This document shows positions 15,744 through 25,263 of a stretch of 28,918 nucleotides of DNA, in pieces. How positions within the stretch are numbered: position 1 is the first letter of the stretch; every line of letters begins with the position of its first letter. Both the position numbers and the translations under genes were made by a program. The notes under the pieces are model-generated. The model ran no database searches. It saw nothing but the letters and a program-made list of their open reading frames with translations, and was not told where the DNA came from. This DNA is from a virus (taxonomy: Duplodnaviria; Caudoviricetes). The DNA is taken from positions 1 to 28,918 of IMG/VR virus record IMGVR_UViG_3300049731_000043. The stretch is one strand, 5' to 3'.

Positions 15744-17839
15744 GCCTCGCCCGACATCTTGAGCGCTACCGCGACGCGTTGCGTCACTGGGTCAGTCGTT
15801 GGGTCCGGGTCATCGAGCAAACTCACGAAGCCGACTTCGGCCGGATAATCGACCGGGTTCCATGCAAAGAAAAATGGGTTTTCCATTGCCGCTGCAAGGA
15901 ACGGGTCGAAGTTCGCGCGATACCATGCGGGCGTGAACCATTTGAAGTCGGCAACGCTCTCGCGCCATTCGCCGAGCACAATGCGACCGATATGCTTGCC
16001 GCTCTCCGCCTTGCCGATGGCAACGCGCGACTGCCTGCCATGGTCAATGACAACGTGCCCGACGTTGACGTCGAGGCTTCGCTCTAGCTCAAGCGCGAGG
16101 CCCGCGTACATGACGCCGATCTCCGGCGCGGCCGAGCCGGGGAGGAGCTGCAAGGTAACGCGCGAATAAACGGCGGGCGCAAATTGCATGATGATCGGAC
16201 CATTGGTGCTCGGCACCCGCGACATGGCCGTGCGCGAAGGTGGCGTGAAGTTGCCGGTCCAGCGAACCGTGTCACGAATGAAACGGAAGTTGTCGATCCA
16301 GCCTTTCCATTCTCCGCTCGCGAACTCACCGGCGCGGCCGACCGAAATATTATTGACGCTCGCATTGACCGAGCCCGAGACAGGCGCGGTCGCAACAAGC
16401 ACCCCGTCGATGAAAAGCAAGAGCGTGTTGCCCGAGCGCGAGAACGCAAGGTGATGCCAGCCGGGAGTTTGCTGCCCGTTGTATGGCGTCGGGCTTGAGA
16501 CGGCGAACTCGGTTGAGCCGACATAGACCACGCCGCGCATGAAGCCCGCCGCGTTGCGCTCGATCAGGAACGAAACGCTGGTCGGCGTCACCGACGCATC
16601 GCATTGCCCGGCTAGCTCCCGATAGACTCCACCCACGTCCGTTGGGTCGAGATAGAACCAAGTGTCGAATGTGAACGGCGCGGTGCCGAGCGCGAGGAAT
16701 GCCGCCGCCGTGATGTAATCCCCAACGCCATCGAAGTATCCCGCCGGAACGCCGCCGACATTGTTTTGAATCACCGCATTGCCTTGCGTCGACCAAAGGC
16801 GTTCATAGCGCCCCTCGTCCTTGAAGTTGGTCGGCCCCCATGTGTTGTCCATCCAGAGGAGAATCTCCTCGGCCTCATTGCGAACCGGGAAAACATCCGC
16901 GACGGACATTTCAAACGGCGCGGTCGGCCTCGCAAAGTTTGCGGTGTAGAGCGCTTGCCCCACTGTTAGACGAAACTCATCCATCACTCCTTGCATAAAG
17001 AAGTTGTTGATCTCGCCCGGCCGCCCTATCGCCCATTGGTTAGCACTATCGTTCACCGAGCCAGTGATCGCGGCGCTGCCATCTTGCACGCCGTCGATGA
17101 AAAGCTTGACCGTCGAGCCTTGCCGAACGAATGCAAGGTGGTGCCACCCAACGTTTGAGGAGGCATGATAGGTCGCCGCCGTGACCGCGGTTGAGCCCGT
17201 GCTGCCGACCATCGCCGTCGCGGCAATTTGGTTTGCTGCGTTGCGCTCCACATAGAGCGAAGCCGTCGAGGATGTCCCGGTGCTGTTGATCTGCCCGCAG
17301 AAATATCGCGACGCGCCGCCGAGGTCGGTCAGATAAAACCAGAACTCCAATGTCCAGTCGCCCGCGCCGAGCGTGAAGTTGCCGCTGTCGGGCGTGCTGA
17401 TCCAGTCGCCCGCGCCGTCGAATAGGCCAGCCGAGACGCCGAAGCGTTGAAGTGAATTGTTAAGTTGCGCGTTGCCGTTCGCGGTCCAGACATTGCCGAC
17501 CTCGTCGGTGAAAACGGTGGTGCCGGTAATGCCATTAAAATGCAGCATCATGCGCGTGCTCGGCGGCGGCGCCTGATAGGCGGTCGCTTGAATGCCGCTT
17601 TGTACGGTCGCGAGATTATGTGCCGCGAACGCGAGGTAGCTCACTTGCGTTTGCGGCGGCACCACAATGACTCGTTGTTGCGTCGCGACGGCCGAGCGCC
17701 ACAGCAAATTGACCGCCGGGTTCGCCATGTTGCTTGCCGGATATCCGGCGGCCGAACTATCGGCGGAAATATTGGTCGGCGTCACCACGTTGTGCCAGCC
17801 GATCAACGGGTTGCGTTGCGAGGAGGAGGTTATCAGCAT
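15740..17839 (-). CDS. distal-tail-position protein carrying two LamG (ConA-like) domains
   Basis: Immediately follows the tape measure gene; two repeats of FDG.GD..T.(E/D).WFY..GWHHLAF.R.G....LFIDGV..D.FR. Confidence 0.82.
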   Translation of the reverse strand: MLITSSSQRNPLIGWHNVVTPTNISADSSAAGYPASNMANPAVNLLWRSAVATQQRVIVVPPQTQVSYLAFAAHNLATVQSGIQATAYQAPPPSTRMMLHFNGITGTTVFTDEVGNVWTANGNAQLNNSLQRFGVSAGLFDGAGDWISTPDSGNFTLGAGDWTLEFWFYLTDLGGASRYFCGQINSTGTSSTASLYVERNAANQIAATAMVGSTGSTAVTAATYHASSNVGWHHLAFVRQGSTVKLFIDGVQDGSAAITGSVNDSANQWAIGRPGEINNFFMQGVMDEFRLTVGQALYTANFARPTAPFEMSVADVFPVRNEAEEILLWMDNTWGPTNFKDEGRYERLWSTQGNAVIQNNVGGVPAGYFDGVGDYITAAAFLALGTAPFTFDTWFYLDPTDVGGVYRELAGQCDASVTPTSVSFLIERNAAGFMRGVVYVGSTEFAVSSPTPYNGQQTPGWHHLAFSRSGNTLLLFIDGVLVATAPVSGSVNASVNNISVGRAGEFASGEWKGWIDNFRFIRDTVRWTGNFTPPSRTAMSRVPSTNGPIIMQFAPAVYSRVTLQLLPGSAAPEIGVMYAGLALELERSLDVNVGHVVIDHGRQSRVAIGKAESGKHIGRIVLGEWRESVADFKWFTPAWYRANFDPFLAAAMENPFFFAWNPVDYPAEVGFVSLLDDPDPTTDPVTQRVAVALKMSGEA

Positions 17840-17845
17840 GGCCGA

Positions 17846-19867
17846 TCACACCGCGAATTTGAGTCGATAGCCATCCCGATTCGCCGCATTGAGCGCCTCG
17901 GTCAAATTGCGCAAGTCGTCGAGCGTGAATAGCTCCGAGATACTCCGCCCCCTGATCACAATTTCGTTCGGCGTGCTGCGGCTCGCCTCGCCGCCGCCCG
18001 TGCGCGCCCCCATCACCTCGGCCGCTGGCGTGATCTCGACCCGCTCGCCGCTCGCGAGATTAAGCGGCACCAGCCGGTTGTCGGTCCCGCTCGACCCGCC
18101 GGGCACCTCGAAGGCGCCGCCGAGCGCAAAGCTAGGCAGCACGCCCTTGATGCTCGCCACGAACGCTAGGCCCTTCGCCAGCGCGGCGGCGGCGGCGACA
18201 TAGCTCGCCGGAGGCGGCAATGTCGAGAAGGCCAGCGAGGCCGCCCGGTAGGCATTGATGAGCGCCTCGGCAATGGCGAAGCCTTGCGAGATTTTGAATA
18301 GCGTCCCGCCTTCCTTGGCGAAGGCGCCGGTGATCGTCTTGAGCGTGCCCGCGACGCTCGCCGCCATTTGCTCGGTGGTCATTTCAAACTTCTGCTCCAC
18401 CTTGGAGAGCGCCAGCGCCGTCGCCTCGGAGCTAGCGCCCGCCGCCTTCATGGCCTCGCTGGTTCGCAATAGCTCATCTTGATAGCGCACCATCGGGTCA
18501 CGGTTCTCTTGCAAGAGCCGCAAGCCTTCAAGCTTGAGCGCGAGCCCGCCAGCGGTGGTGCCCAACTCCTCGAGCTTGGCGCGATAGGTCTCGGTTATCG
18601 GAATGCTGGCCGCGTGCGCCGCCTGCAAGCCTTGCTCTACGACCTTGGCCTTCTCCTTCACTGCGGTGTTGTCGAAGAAGGTCCGCGTCTCGGCTTGCAT
18701 CGCGACGATATTTTTCTCGACGCTCTTGATGTAGCTCTCTAGCGCCTTGGTATCTACCGGCTTGCTCAACTCGGCCATGCCGACCGCAGCGCGCACCGTT
18801 TGCAACGTCAGCTTTTCAAGATGGATCGCCGCCCCGGCCGCGCCCGCCGAGAGCCCAGTGAACAACGCGACGGTTTGCCCAGTCTCGCGCGCCAGCGCGA
18901 CCATATCGTCCTTGAACTTGAGCACCGCCGCCCCGGCGCCGCTGAAGTCTCCCGACTTCAATTTGCCAGCGACCTCGACCAGCGCGAACAATTCGAGCGT
19001 GAGGAATTTGAATTGCGACGCCGTCAGCGTCACAATTGTGCCGACGCCGCGCAGCACAAAGCCGATAGCGGTGCCCACCGTCTCGAACGACTTGCCGCTC
19101 TTACTCGACTTGACGAATTCCTCGGAGAGAAGATTCAGCGCGGGCAACATCCCCACGGTCATTTGCAAGACGATCCCTTCGGTCGCCTTGCTCATCCGCT
19201 TCATGTTGTCGTTGAATTCTTGCGCCGCGTCCGATGTGCCCTTGGAAAGCGTAAGCCCTAGCTTCTGCGCCTCCTCTTCGAGCTTCTCGATTCCGCCGCG
19301 CCCCATATTGAGAAATGGGATCATCGCGGCGGCATTCTTGCCGAAGAGTTCGTAGGCAATTGCGGTCTTGGCCGCGCCGTCCTCGGCCGCAAGGAAGCGG
19401 TCGGAGATTCGGAGCAATGCCTCCCGGCCGGTAATGAGTTTGCCCTCGGCGTCGCGCACATTGATGCCGAGGTTCTTGAATGCCTCCGCCGCTTCGCCTG
19501 TCGGCTTGGAGCCCGCATCGACCAGCGAGCGGGACAGCTTGACGATGCCTTTCTCTAGTTGCGCGATCTCCACGTCCGCCAGCTTGGCGGCGTAGGCCAT
19601 GCCGGAGAATTCCTCGACCGGCATGCCGATAGCTTGCGCCGCCTTGCCGAGATCGTCGGCCGACTTCAATGCTTCTTTGAAAGCATGGATCGTCGCCTCG
19701 ACCGACTTCTCGACCGCGCGCTCAAGCGCAATGCCGGTGAATATTTTCTTGACGCCAGCGGCGAAGCCTTCGGTTTGCTTGCTCGCCTTCTTGAGTCCGT
19801 CCTCATAGGAGGCGGTGTCCGCTCCGAAGATGACGCGCAGTGCGCCGACAATGGAGGAGCCAGCCAT
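17846..19867 (-). CDS. tail tape measure protein
   Basis: 673 aa, Ala-rich helical; VGALRVIFGADT N-terminus; AYELFGK; FALGG..LASGERV C-terminus. Confidence 0.92.
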   Translation of the reverse strand: MAGSSIVGALRVIFGADTASYEDGLKKASKQTEGFAAGVKKIFTGIALERAVEKSVEATIHAFKEALKSADDLGKAAQAIGMPVEEFSGMAYAAKLADVEIAQLEKGIVKLSRSLVDAGSKPTGEAAEAFKNLGINVRDAEGKLITGREALLRISDRFLAAEDGAAKTAIAYELFGKNAAAMIPFLNMGRGGIEKLEEEAQKLGLTLSKGTSDAAQEFNDNMKRMSKATEGIVLQMTVGMLPALNLLSEEFVKSSKSGKSFETVGTAIGFVLRGVGTIVTLTASQFKFLTLELFALVEVAGKLKSGDFSGAGAAVLKFKDDMVALARETGQTVALFTGLSAGAAGAAIHLEKLTLQTVRAAVGMAELSKPVDTKALESYIKSVEKNIVAMQAETRTFFDNTAVKEKAKVVEQGLQAAHAASIPITETYRAKLEELGTTAGGLALKLEGLRLLQENRDPMVRYQDELLRTSEAMKAAGASSEATALALSKVEQKFEMTTEQMAASVAGTLKTITGAFAKEGGTLFKISQGFAIAEALINAYRAASLAFSTLPPPASYVAAAAALAKGLAFVASIKGVLPSFALGGAFEVPGGSSGTDNRLVPLNLASGERVEITPAAEVMGARTGGGEASRSTPNEIVIRGRSISELFTLDDLRNLTEALNAANRDGYRLKFAV

Positions 19868-19870
19868 GTG

Positions 19871-20203
19871 CTATTTCCGTTGCTGCCTTTGCGACATCGC
19901 TTCCATGATCGCGAACTGCTCCTCCCAGCTTTGGCGCGGCTTCGGCTTCGGCTTGCGCACGACCTTGCGCTTGACTTGCATTTTGTCGAGCCGCGTCATT
20001 CGCTTCTCGCGCATAAGGCTGGCGGTGTGCCAAGCGAGCCACGCCAGTTCATTGTGCCGCCGAATCAGTACGTTCTGCCGGGCGGCAAGTATCAAGTCGA
20101 TCTCGCGCGGGGTCTTGTCCCAGAAGGCGTCCGGATCAAGTTCGTATTCGATCCAGATCGCCCAATACTCTAGGTCGTCGGACCCCGCGTCGGAGGGTTT
20201 CCC
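19871..20203 (-). CDS. tail assembly chaperone, gpT-like -1 frame extension
   Basis: LDPDAFWDKTPREI motif typical of gpT/GT regions; entered through slippery GGGAAAC at 20197-20203. Confidence 0.8.
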   Translation of the reverse strand, partial: GKPSDAGSDDLEYWAIWIEYELDPDAFWDKTPREIDLILAARQNVLIRRHNELAWLAWHTASLMREKRMTRLDKMQVKRKVVRKPKPKPRQSWEEQFAIMEAMSQRQQRK

Positions 20204-20505
20204 GCCTCCCCTCCACCTTGCTGCAGCAACGCGGCGTTCATGATCCGCATTGCTTCGTCTTCGCTCAATTCCTCGATCATGTTCGCAATGTCGTCGTCCG
20301 ACATTTCGGGATGGCACGAGAGGAGCAAGAGACGAAACATCAGGATCATGTCCTCGGCGCTTTGCGTAGCCGTATCGGAGAGCGCGCCGACAAGGCTCGG
20401 CATGGTGCGACCGAACTGCTTCTCGAACGCGCGCCGAGCGCCGAAGCTATAACGCAGCGTGTAGGTTTTGCCTCCGGTTTCGAACCGATAGTCAAACGAC
20501 TTCAT
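20170..20505 (-). CDS. tail assembly chaperone gpG-like
   Basis: GAGGA RBS; YTLRYSFGARRAFEKQFG; lies between tail tube and tape measure genes. Confidence 0.85.
   Translation of the reverse strand: MKSFDYRFETGGKTYTLRYSFGARRAFEKQFGRTMPSLVGALSDTATQSAEDMILMFRLLLLSCHPEMSDDDIANMIEELSEDEAMRIMNAALLQQGGGEAGNPPTRGPTT
20197..20203 (-). other. programmed -1 ribosomal frameshift site (G GGA AAC)
   Basis: XXXYYYZ heptamer in frame near the end of the gpG ORF; the -1 frame continues GKPSDAGSDDLEYW to 19871. Confidence 0.85.
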
Positions 20506-20535
20506 TTTGCTGTCCTCATTTTTTTCTGACCCGCA

Positions 20536-20982
20536 TTAGGTGGAGAAGCCTCGGGTGATCGGGCCGGTCACCTTGAACGTAACGGTCGAGCTCATCTTGT
20601 CGTCGGTCGGCACCGCCGACTCATAGCTTTGGAGTTCGACCTCGAAGGTATGCGTGACGCCGTTCGGATATCGAATGCGCGCCGTGCGCCTCCGCGTTTG
20701 CCCAACCGGCGTGTCGAGGATTTCGTGCAACTCGGTATCGCCGATGGAGCCGGGGATGTAGTTCATTTCGAACGAGGTCTCACCGCCGTCGACCAACCCG
20801 GCGATGAACTCCCGCCGCCGGTTCGGCGACTGCATGTGCGTGACGTCGATCTGATCGACCACCGCGCTCGGCGGCGTGATGTTGTAGATTTCGCCAAGTG
20901 AGATCAGGTCGCTCGGGGAGTTGCCGCTCGTCGCGATCTCGAACGAAGAGCCGTAGCCAAGCATTGCGCCGCTTGCAGGCAT
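20536..20982 (-). CDS. major tail (tube) protein
   Basis: AAGGAG RBS; IDVTHMQSPNRRREFIAGLVDGGE..VTFKVTG. Confidence 0.9.
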   Translation of the reverse strand: MPASGAMLGYGSSFEIATSGNSPSDLISLGEIYNITPPSAVVDQIDVTHMQSPNRRREFIAGLVDGGETSFEMNYIPGSIGDTELHEILDTPVGQTRRRTARIRYPNGVTHTFEVELQSYESAVPTDDKMSSTVTFKVTGPITRGFST

Positions 20983-21000
20983 GATAGGTCTCCTTTGTGG

Positions 21001-21498
21001 TTAGCCTCGCGCGAGCCTCGCCGTCTTCCGGGCCACTCGCTCCGCCGCTCTCTTGACCTCATCCCACAAGTCATCGCGAATATTTTTTAACGCTTGTTCT
21101 TTTCCGCCTTCCCAAGCTGGCCGCATGTAAGGCTGCGGCGAAACATGGATGGAGCCGAACTCTTGCACGATCGATTTCGCCGACCCGCTTGGACCCATGA
21201 ACATCCACACTGTCGTTTGCGGCTCCATGCGGAAGCCCTCGGAAGTGCGGATAGCCTTCGAGCCGTACTCGGCCCGGTGCAAAGAACCCTGCCGCTTCGA
21301 TAGCTTCGCGCTGATCTCGATAGACTCGCGCAAGTGTCGCGTCTCGCCCACGGGCGCGTTCGTCTCGGCGCGTTGCTCCATGGGATAGAGCGCCTTTGTC
21401 AGCGTGCGCCGCACGACATTGCGCCCCGTCGCCTTCGACAATTCCTCGATGGCGTCGTTTAGCTCCCGGAGCCCTTCGATCTTCGTCGTGACTTTCAT
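21001..21498 (-). CDS. HK97 gp10-like tail completion protein
   Basis: IEGLREL, APV..HLRESI, QEFGS..PQPYMRPAW. Confidence 0.9.
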   Translation of the reverse strand: MKVTTKIEGLRELNDAIEELSKATGRNVVRRTLTKALYPMEQRAETNAPVGETRHLRESIEISAKLSKRQGSLHRAEYGSKAIRTSEGFRMEPQTTVWMFMGPSGSAKSIVQEFGSIHVSPQPYMRPAWEGGKEQALKNIRDDLWDEVKRAAERVARKTARLARG

Positions 21499-21926
21499 CG
21501 CGGCTCATACCAAATGCGATAGTCGCGGCGCCGAACATACATGATCGCGACGGCGTCGTAATCGTCGCGACCGTTGTCATGGAAAATTCCGCCGATGAGC
21601 ATTTGCAGCGAATTGCCGGTGCCGTAGAGCGTGAGCCCTTTGTAGCCACTCAGCCGCTCGAATACCAAGCCCGCCAAATTGACCGCTGCGTCATGGCTCT
21701 GTGCCCAGCAGTCCAGTTGCGTGAGCGCGCCGACAAAATTCGAGTCGCCCGCCATGTGATATGGCGCGTCCTCAAAGATAAGGTTCTGCACAATGCTCGG
21801 GCGCTTCTCGCCTTGCGGCACTATCACAGGATAAACGCGGTAGATGCCATTGCCCGAATCGACCGCGGCATTGATCGCCGGGTCGGCGAGGAGGATGGAG
21901 CGGAGGCATGCGCGCAGATCCTTCAT
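21495..21926 (-). CDS. tail terminator (DUF3168-like)
   Basis: LLADPAI..RVYP..PQ..QLDCWA; neck gene order. Confidence 0.85.
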   Translation of the reverse strand: MKDLRACLRSILLADPAINAAVDSGNGIYRVYPVIVPQGEKRPSIVQNLIFEDAPYHMAGDSNFVGALTQLDCWAQSHDAAVNLAGLVFERLSGYKGLTLYGTGNSLQMLIGGIFHDNGRDDYDAVAIMYVRRRDYRIWYEPR

Positions 21927-22273
21927 GGCGCGAGCCGCTCCTCGCCCGGCGCGGTCGCGTCAACCTCAATGCCGACGCGGCGCTCGATCTCGCGCACGTC
22001 CGTCACATCGAATTGCCGCCCGTCGAAAAGGATTTTGTGCTCGTCGGTGATCGGCTTGGTCGCTTGCGACCAGCGAAAGCGAAAAGTCGCGATATGATCC
22101 CCGACCAATTGCCGGTCGGCGAAGCGCTCGCGCCCGTCATTCTCGACCTTCTCCGCCCACACGGTTGCCAGCGGCGTCCAGACCACGACCTCTTCGCCGC
22201 TCGGGCTTTGCGTGATCTGTTGACTCTGGATGGTGATCCGCCGGTCCAAGCGCCCGGCATGCAACCGCGCCAT
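21923..22273 (-). CDS. head closure / head-tail joining protein (SPP1 gp16-like)
   Basis: AGRLDRRITIQ..W..ATVWA..GRE..FRFRW. Confidence 0.9.
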   Translation of the reverse strand: MARLHAGRLDRRITIQSQQITQSPSGEEVVVWTPLATVWAEKVENDGRERFADRQLVGDHIATFRFRWSQATKPITDEHKILFDGRQFDVTDVREIERRVGIEVDATAPGEERLAP

Positions 22274-22283
22274 TGTCCGCCCC

Positions 22284-23090
22284 TCACCATAGCAACCGGA
22301 AAAGCGTTCCGTCGACTAGCTCGGTTTCGTTATACTGCGAATAGGCCAGCGAGCGAAGCCAAGCGTCGCGGTCAGGATATACCGGAGACTCGATCTTTGT
22401 GAAATCGGTTAGGCCCATAGGCGCGGCGGCGCTTTGCTTGTCCACGAAAACCGGGACACCGAACACGACCGCCTCGACCGCCGCAATGCTCCCGTGCGTC
22501 ACCAGCGCGAACGCGCCAGCAAGGTCGCGGTCCAGAGGTATTGTGCTCTCCTTCGGCCGGATGCGAATCGGCCGGTCGGTATATCGCCTTAGCTCCTCGG
22601 CCACGCGCGCCGACCATTCGCGATCCGCGAAGAGGTCCCAGTAATCCGGCCCGGTGTCCGCGATGACGATCTCGCGCCCGCCCTTGCGCCAGCGCACCAC
22701 ATGGCCTTCGAGCCGGAGCGCTTTCCAGCGGTCGTCCGAATACTCGCGGACCTCCTTCATTTGCGGAGCATTGATCGTCCAGCGGTAATAGCCGCCGTTG
22801 TATCCTTGCGGGAGCCATGTCGCGAACACGCGCCGGAGATAGCCTCGGTCCCAAAAAATGAACGGCCGCCCCTCGCTCGGCCATTCGTGCACCAGCTTGC
22901 GAAAGCGCGGCGAGCAACCAATGATCGGCACCGCATGGCGCGGCAAGCGATAGACCGCATCGAAGTCATGCTTGAGCACGTCGCCGCCCTGCGCAACGAT
23001 CCGCTCCGCGATGCGATCAAACAAATACTTTTTAAACTTCGCCAAGCCGGGCGGATAGAACATCACCGTATTCTTCGGCTCTATCGCCAA
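22284..23090 (-). CDS. GT-B-like glycosyltransferase (capsule-synthesis-like)
   Basis: WDRGY, IRIRPK, LVTHGSIAAVEAVVFGVPVF; start uncertain (TTG 23090 or ATG 23063). Confidence 0.7.
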   Translation of the reverse strand: MAIEPKNTVMFYPPGLAKFKKYLFDRIAERIVAQGGDVLKHDFDAVYRLPRHAVPIIGCSPRFRKLVHEWPSEGRPFIFWDRGYLRRVFATWLPQGYNGGYYRWTINAPQMKEVREYSDDRWKALRLEGHVVRWRKGGREIVIADTGPDYWDLFADREWSARVAEELRRYTDRPIRIRPKESTIPLDRDLAGAFALVTHGSIAAVEAVVFGVPVFVDKQSAAAPMGLTDFTKIESPVYPDRDAWLRSLAYSQYNETELVDGTLFRLLW

Positions 23091-23773
23091 TGGTTTTGCA
23101 CCCACGGTAGATGCTTGAAGGCGCGCGGCTTGCGCCAGCCGATGAAGGTTACCAAGCGCGCGTCGGCCGGGAGATCGAAGCCCTTCGGCCACCCCGGTTT
23201 CTGGAACGCATACACACCTTCGGTGCCCGCTTGCCAGCCCGGTGCGGCTTTCAGCTTATGCCACATCCAGCCTTGGTCGTCGGCGAACTCATGGCGCGGG
23301 ATATGCTCGACCGCCGCAAGCGAGAAGTCGTGCCATAGCTCCGGGTGCGCGCCCGGCTTGAGCATGAATAGCGCGCCGACAAACGGGCAAGGGTTCGCAG
23401 CGTTGGCGCCTTGCAGGATTTTGAAGGACACCCCGCGCGGAAAGAGCCCGTCGCAATTGTTAGTAAGGATGGTATCGAGATCGACATTCACCAGCCGGGT
23501 CGCCTCGCTCTCGATCTCCTTGGCGGTGCGCCAGATCACGCGCCGCTGAAAGTCCGGCTCGAATAGCCGGAGCCGGGCAAAGCAACCGACGCGGCGCGTG
23601 AGCCCCATATCCTCAATGTAGGCTGTCTCGATCTCGTCCGCGACGAACGTCCGATCCGTGAAGCACAGGAAGCGATGCGGCTCCTTCACATGCCGGTTGA
23701 GCGCCGAGCGCAAGCGGCGCACATCGCCAATGTCGTACTTCTCGCCCCACAGCCATGTCGAGAACGTCAGCAT
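23081..23773 (-). CDS. GT-A fold glycosyltransferase
   Basis: WGEKY, FLCFTD, RLRLF, DxD motif VDLD, DDQGW, GWRKP. Confidence 0.8.
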   Translation of the reverse strand: MLTFSTWLWGEKYDIGDVRRLRSALNRHVKEPHRFLCFTDRTFVADEIETAYIEDMGLTRRVGCFARLRLFEPDFQRRVIWRTAKEIESEATRLVNVDLDTILTNNCDGLFPRGVSFKILQGANAANPCPFVGALFMLKPGAHPELWHDFSLAAVEHIPRHEFADDQGWMWHKLKAAPGWQAGTEGVYAFQKPGWPKGFDLPADARLVTFIGWRKPRAFKHLPWVQNHWR

Positions 23774-23774
23774 T

Positions 23775-24419
23775 TCATTGTCCCTTCACCATCATAATTG
23801 CGGTGTAGTCGATCTTGTGCGCGGGCGGCCGGGCGCGATCCAAAAAGTAGTCGTCCACCGCTTTGCGCGCGCCTTCCCAGTGCCCGTAGTCATCGACAAT
23901 GAGAATGCCGCCCAGCACCAGCCGAGGGTAGAGCGCTTCGAGCTCCGCCTTGGTCGAGGCATGCCAGTCGGTGTCAAGCCGAAGGAGCGCTATGCGCTCG
24001 GGGAGGTTGGTCGCGACCTTGAGCGTCTCGCAAACGTCGCCGACCACGAAGCGGCAGAACTTCTCATCGAGCGTGCCGGTGCCACGCATGAATTTTTGCA
24101 CTTCATGCAAGGAGGCCGCCGCCCATGGCTTACCCTTCGCGAGTTTCTCTTGATAGTGATCTATCGCCCGCACGCCCTTCTTCTTGACATCGAGTTCGGT
24201 CGGCTCGGTCATGCCGGTGAAAGTATCGTAGAGCCAGCACAGCCGCATGGGCGCGAGCATGCGCGCGAGCATGATATTCCCGCCGCGCCAGACGCCGCAC
24301 TCGACAATGTCGCCCATGATGCCGTCGCGCTCGATGCGCTTGACCGACTCGGCCATGGCGAGGAGGCGCTCGCGTGAGGATTTGCTGTAGCGCGCGGCGG
24401 TCGCGATCAATTCCTCCAC
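23775..24419 (-). CDS. TylF/MycF/NovP-family sugar O-methyltransferase
   Basis: GDIVECGVWRGG, YDTFTGM, LLRLDTDWHAST, IVDDYGHWEGARKAVDDY. Confidence 0.92.
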   Translation of the reverse strand: MEELIATAARYSKSSRERLLAMAESVKRIERDGIMGDIVECGVWRGGNIMLARMLAPMRLCWLYDTFTGMTEPTELDVKKKGVRAIDHYQEKLAKGKPWAAASLHEVQKFMRGTGTLDEKFCRFVVGDVCETLKVATNLPERIALLRLDTDWHASTKAELEALYPRLVLGGILIVDDYGHWEGARKAVDDYFLDRARPPAHKIDYTAIMMVKGQ

Positions 24420-24952
24420 AGCACACCTATCCCATTGTCGCGCGCTTCAAGCCTGATCTCCTCGTGCCGGTAGTCGATCTTGATGGCTTCCCAAAATTGC
24501 GGGACATCTATCGAAGCCTTGCCCGGCCTCGGCCCTTTCCATGAGATGTCGTGGAAGGCCACGATCTTTCCCATCGGCCCATAGTTCGCCCAGTCCTTCA
24601 TAACGAACGGCAGCAAATGGTTGCCGTCAATGAACACGCAGTCGTAGGGACCATGCGCGCGCACGCGCTCGACCACTTCCGCGTCGGTGCTATCACCGAG
24701 CACTAGGCGCGCCTCGTGCCCTCCCGCTTGCAGGAATTGCACGCAGCTTTTGAGGCTCGCAATAGAGTCGCCGACCGGGAGGTCGACCGCCACCAGCTTG
24801 CTGCCCGGCGGCAAGGCAAGCGAGACGCGATAGAGCGAGCCGCCGAACTTGCTCCCGATCTCTAGGTAGCTCCTGACCTCCTCCTTGCGGAGCAAGGCGC
24901 AAAAGCGCTCGTGCTCGATAGTGTTCTGTAGAGCCTTCGGCTGCTCGCTCAT
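24407..24952 (-). CDS. class I SAM-dependent methyltransferase (Methyltransf_24-like)
   Basis: YLEIGSKFGGS, VAVD, GDS, YDCVFIDGNH, VAFHD. Confidence 0.88.
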   Translation of the reverse strand: MSEQPKALQNTIEHERFCALLRKEEVRSYLEIGSKFGGSLYRVSLALPPGSKLVAVDLPVGDSIASLKSCVQFLQAGGHEARLVLGDSTDAEVVERVRAHGPYDCVFIDGNHLLPFVMKDWANYGPMGKIVAFHDISWKGPRPGKASIDVPQFWEAIKIDYRHEEIRLEARDNGIGVLWRN

Positions 24953-25263
24953 AACACCGCCCCGACCGACAACAGTCGTTCGCAGCGCTTTAGCGCCGCA
25001 CCGAAAGTCCAGTCCTCCTCGGGCATGTCGTTGCCCGCCGCCACCAAGTCGAAGCCGGGCGGCAAACGGAATTCGCGCCCATCGGCGAGGACATAGCTAT
25101 TGCCGACAAAAGATACCTTGAGCCCGAGCGCCTTGTAGAATTGCGCGTTCGCGCAATTGCAAGGGTCGGCGTAATTGTAGCGCTCGTCCCTCGGCTTGGT
25201 CTTGAGCCAGTCGCGCAGCTTCCTTAGCTCGTGCTGATTTTCCCAATTCGGGTTGTAGAGCAT
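24949..25263 (-). CDS. hypothetical protein
   Basis: GGAGGT RBS; TGATG coupling upstream and 4-nt overlap downstream; MLYNPNW..DWLKTKP..YNY..C.CA.AQF..WTFGAAL. Confidence 0.75.
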   Translation of the reverse strand: MLYNPNWENQHELRKLRDWLKTKPRDERYNYADPCNCANAQFYKALGLKVSFVGNSYVLADGREFRLPPGFDLVAAGNDMPEEDWTFGAALKRCERLLSVGAVL

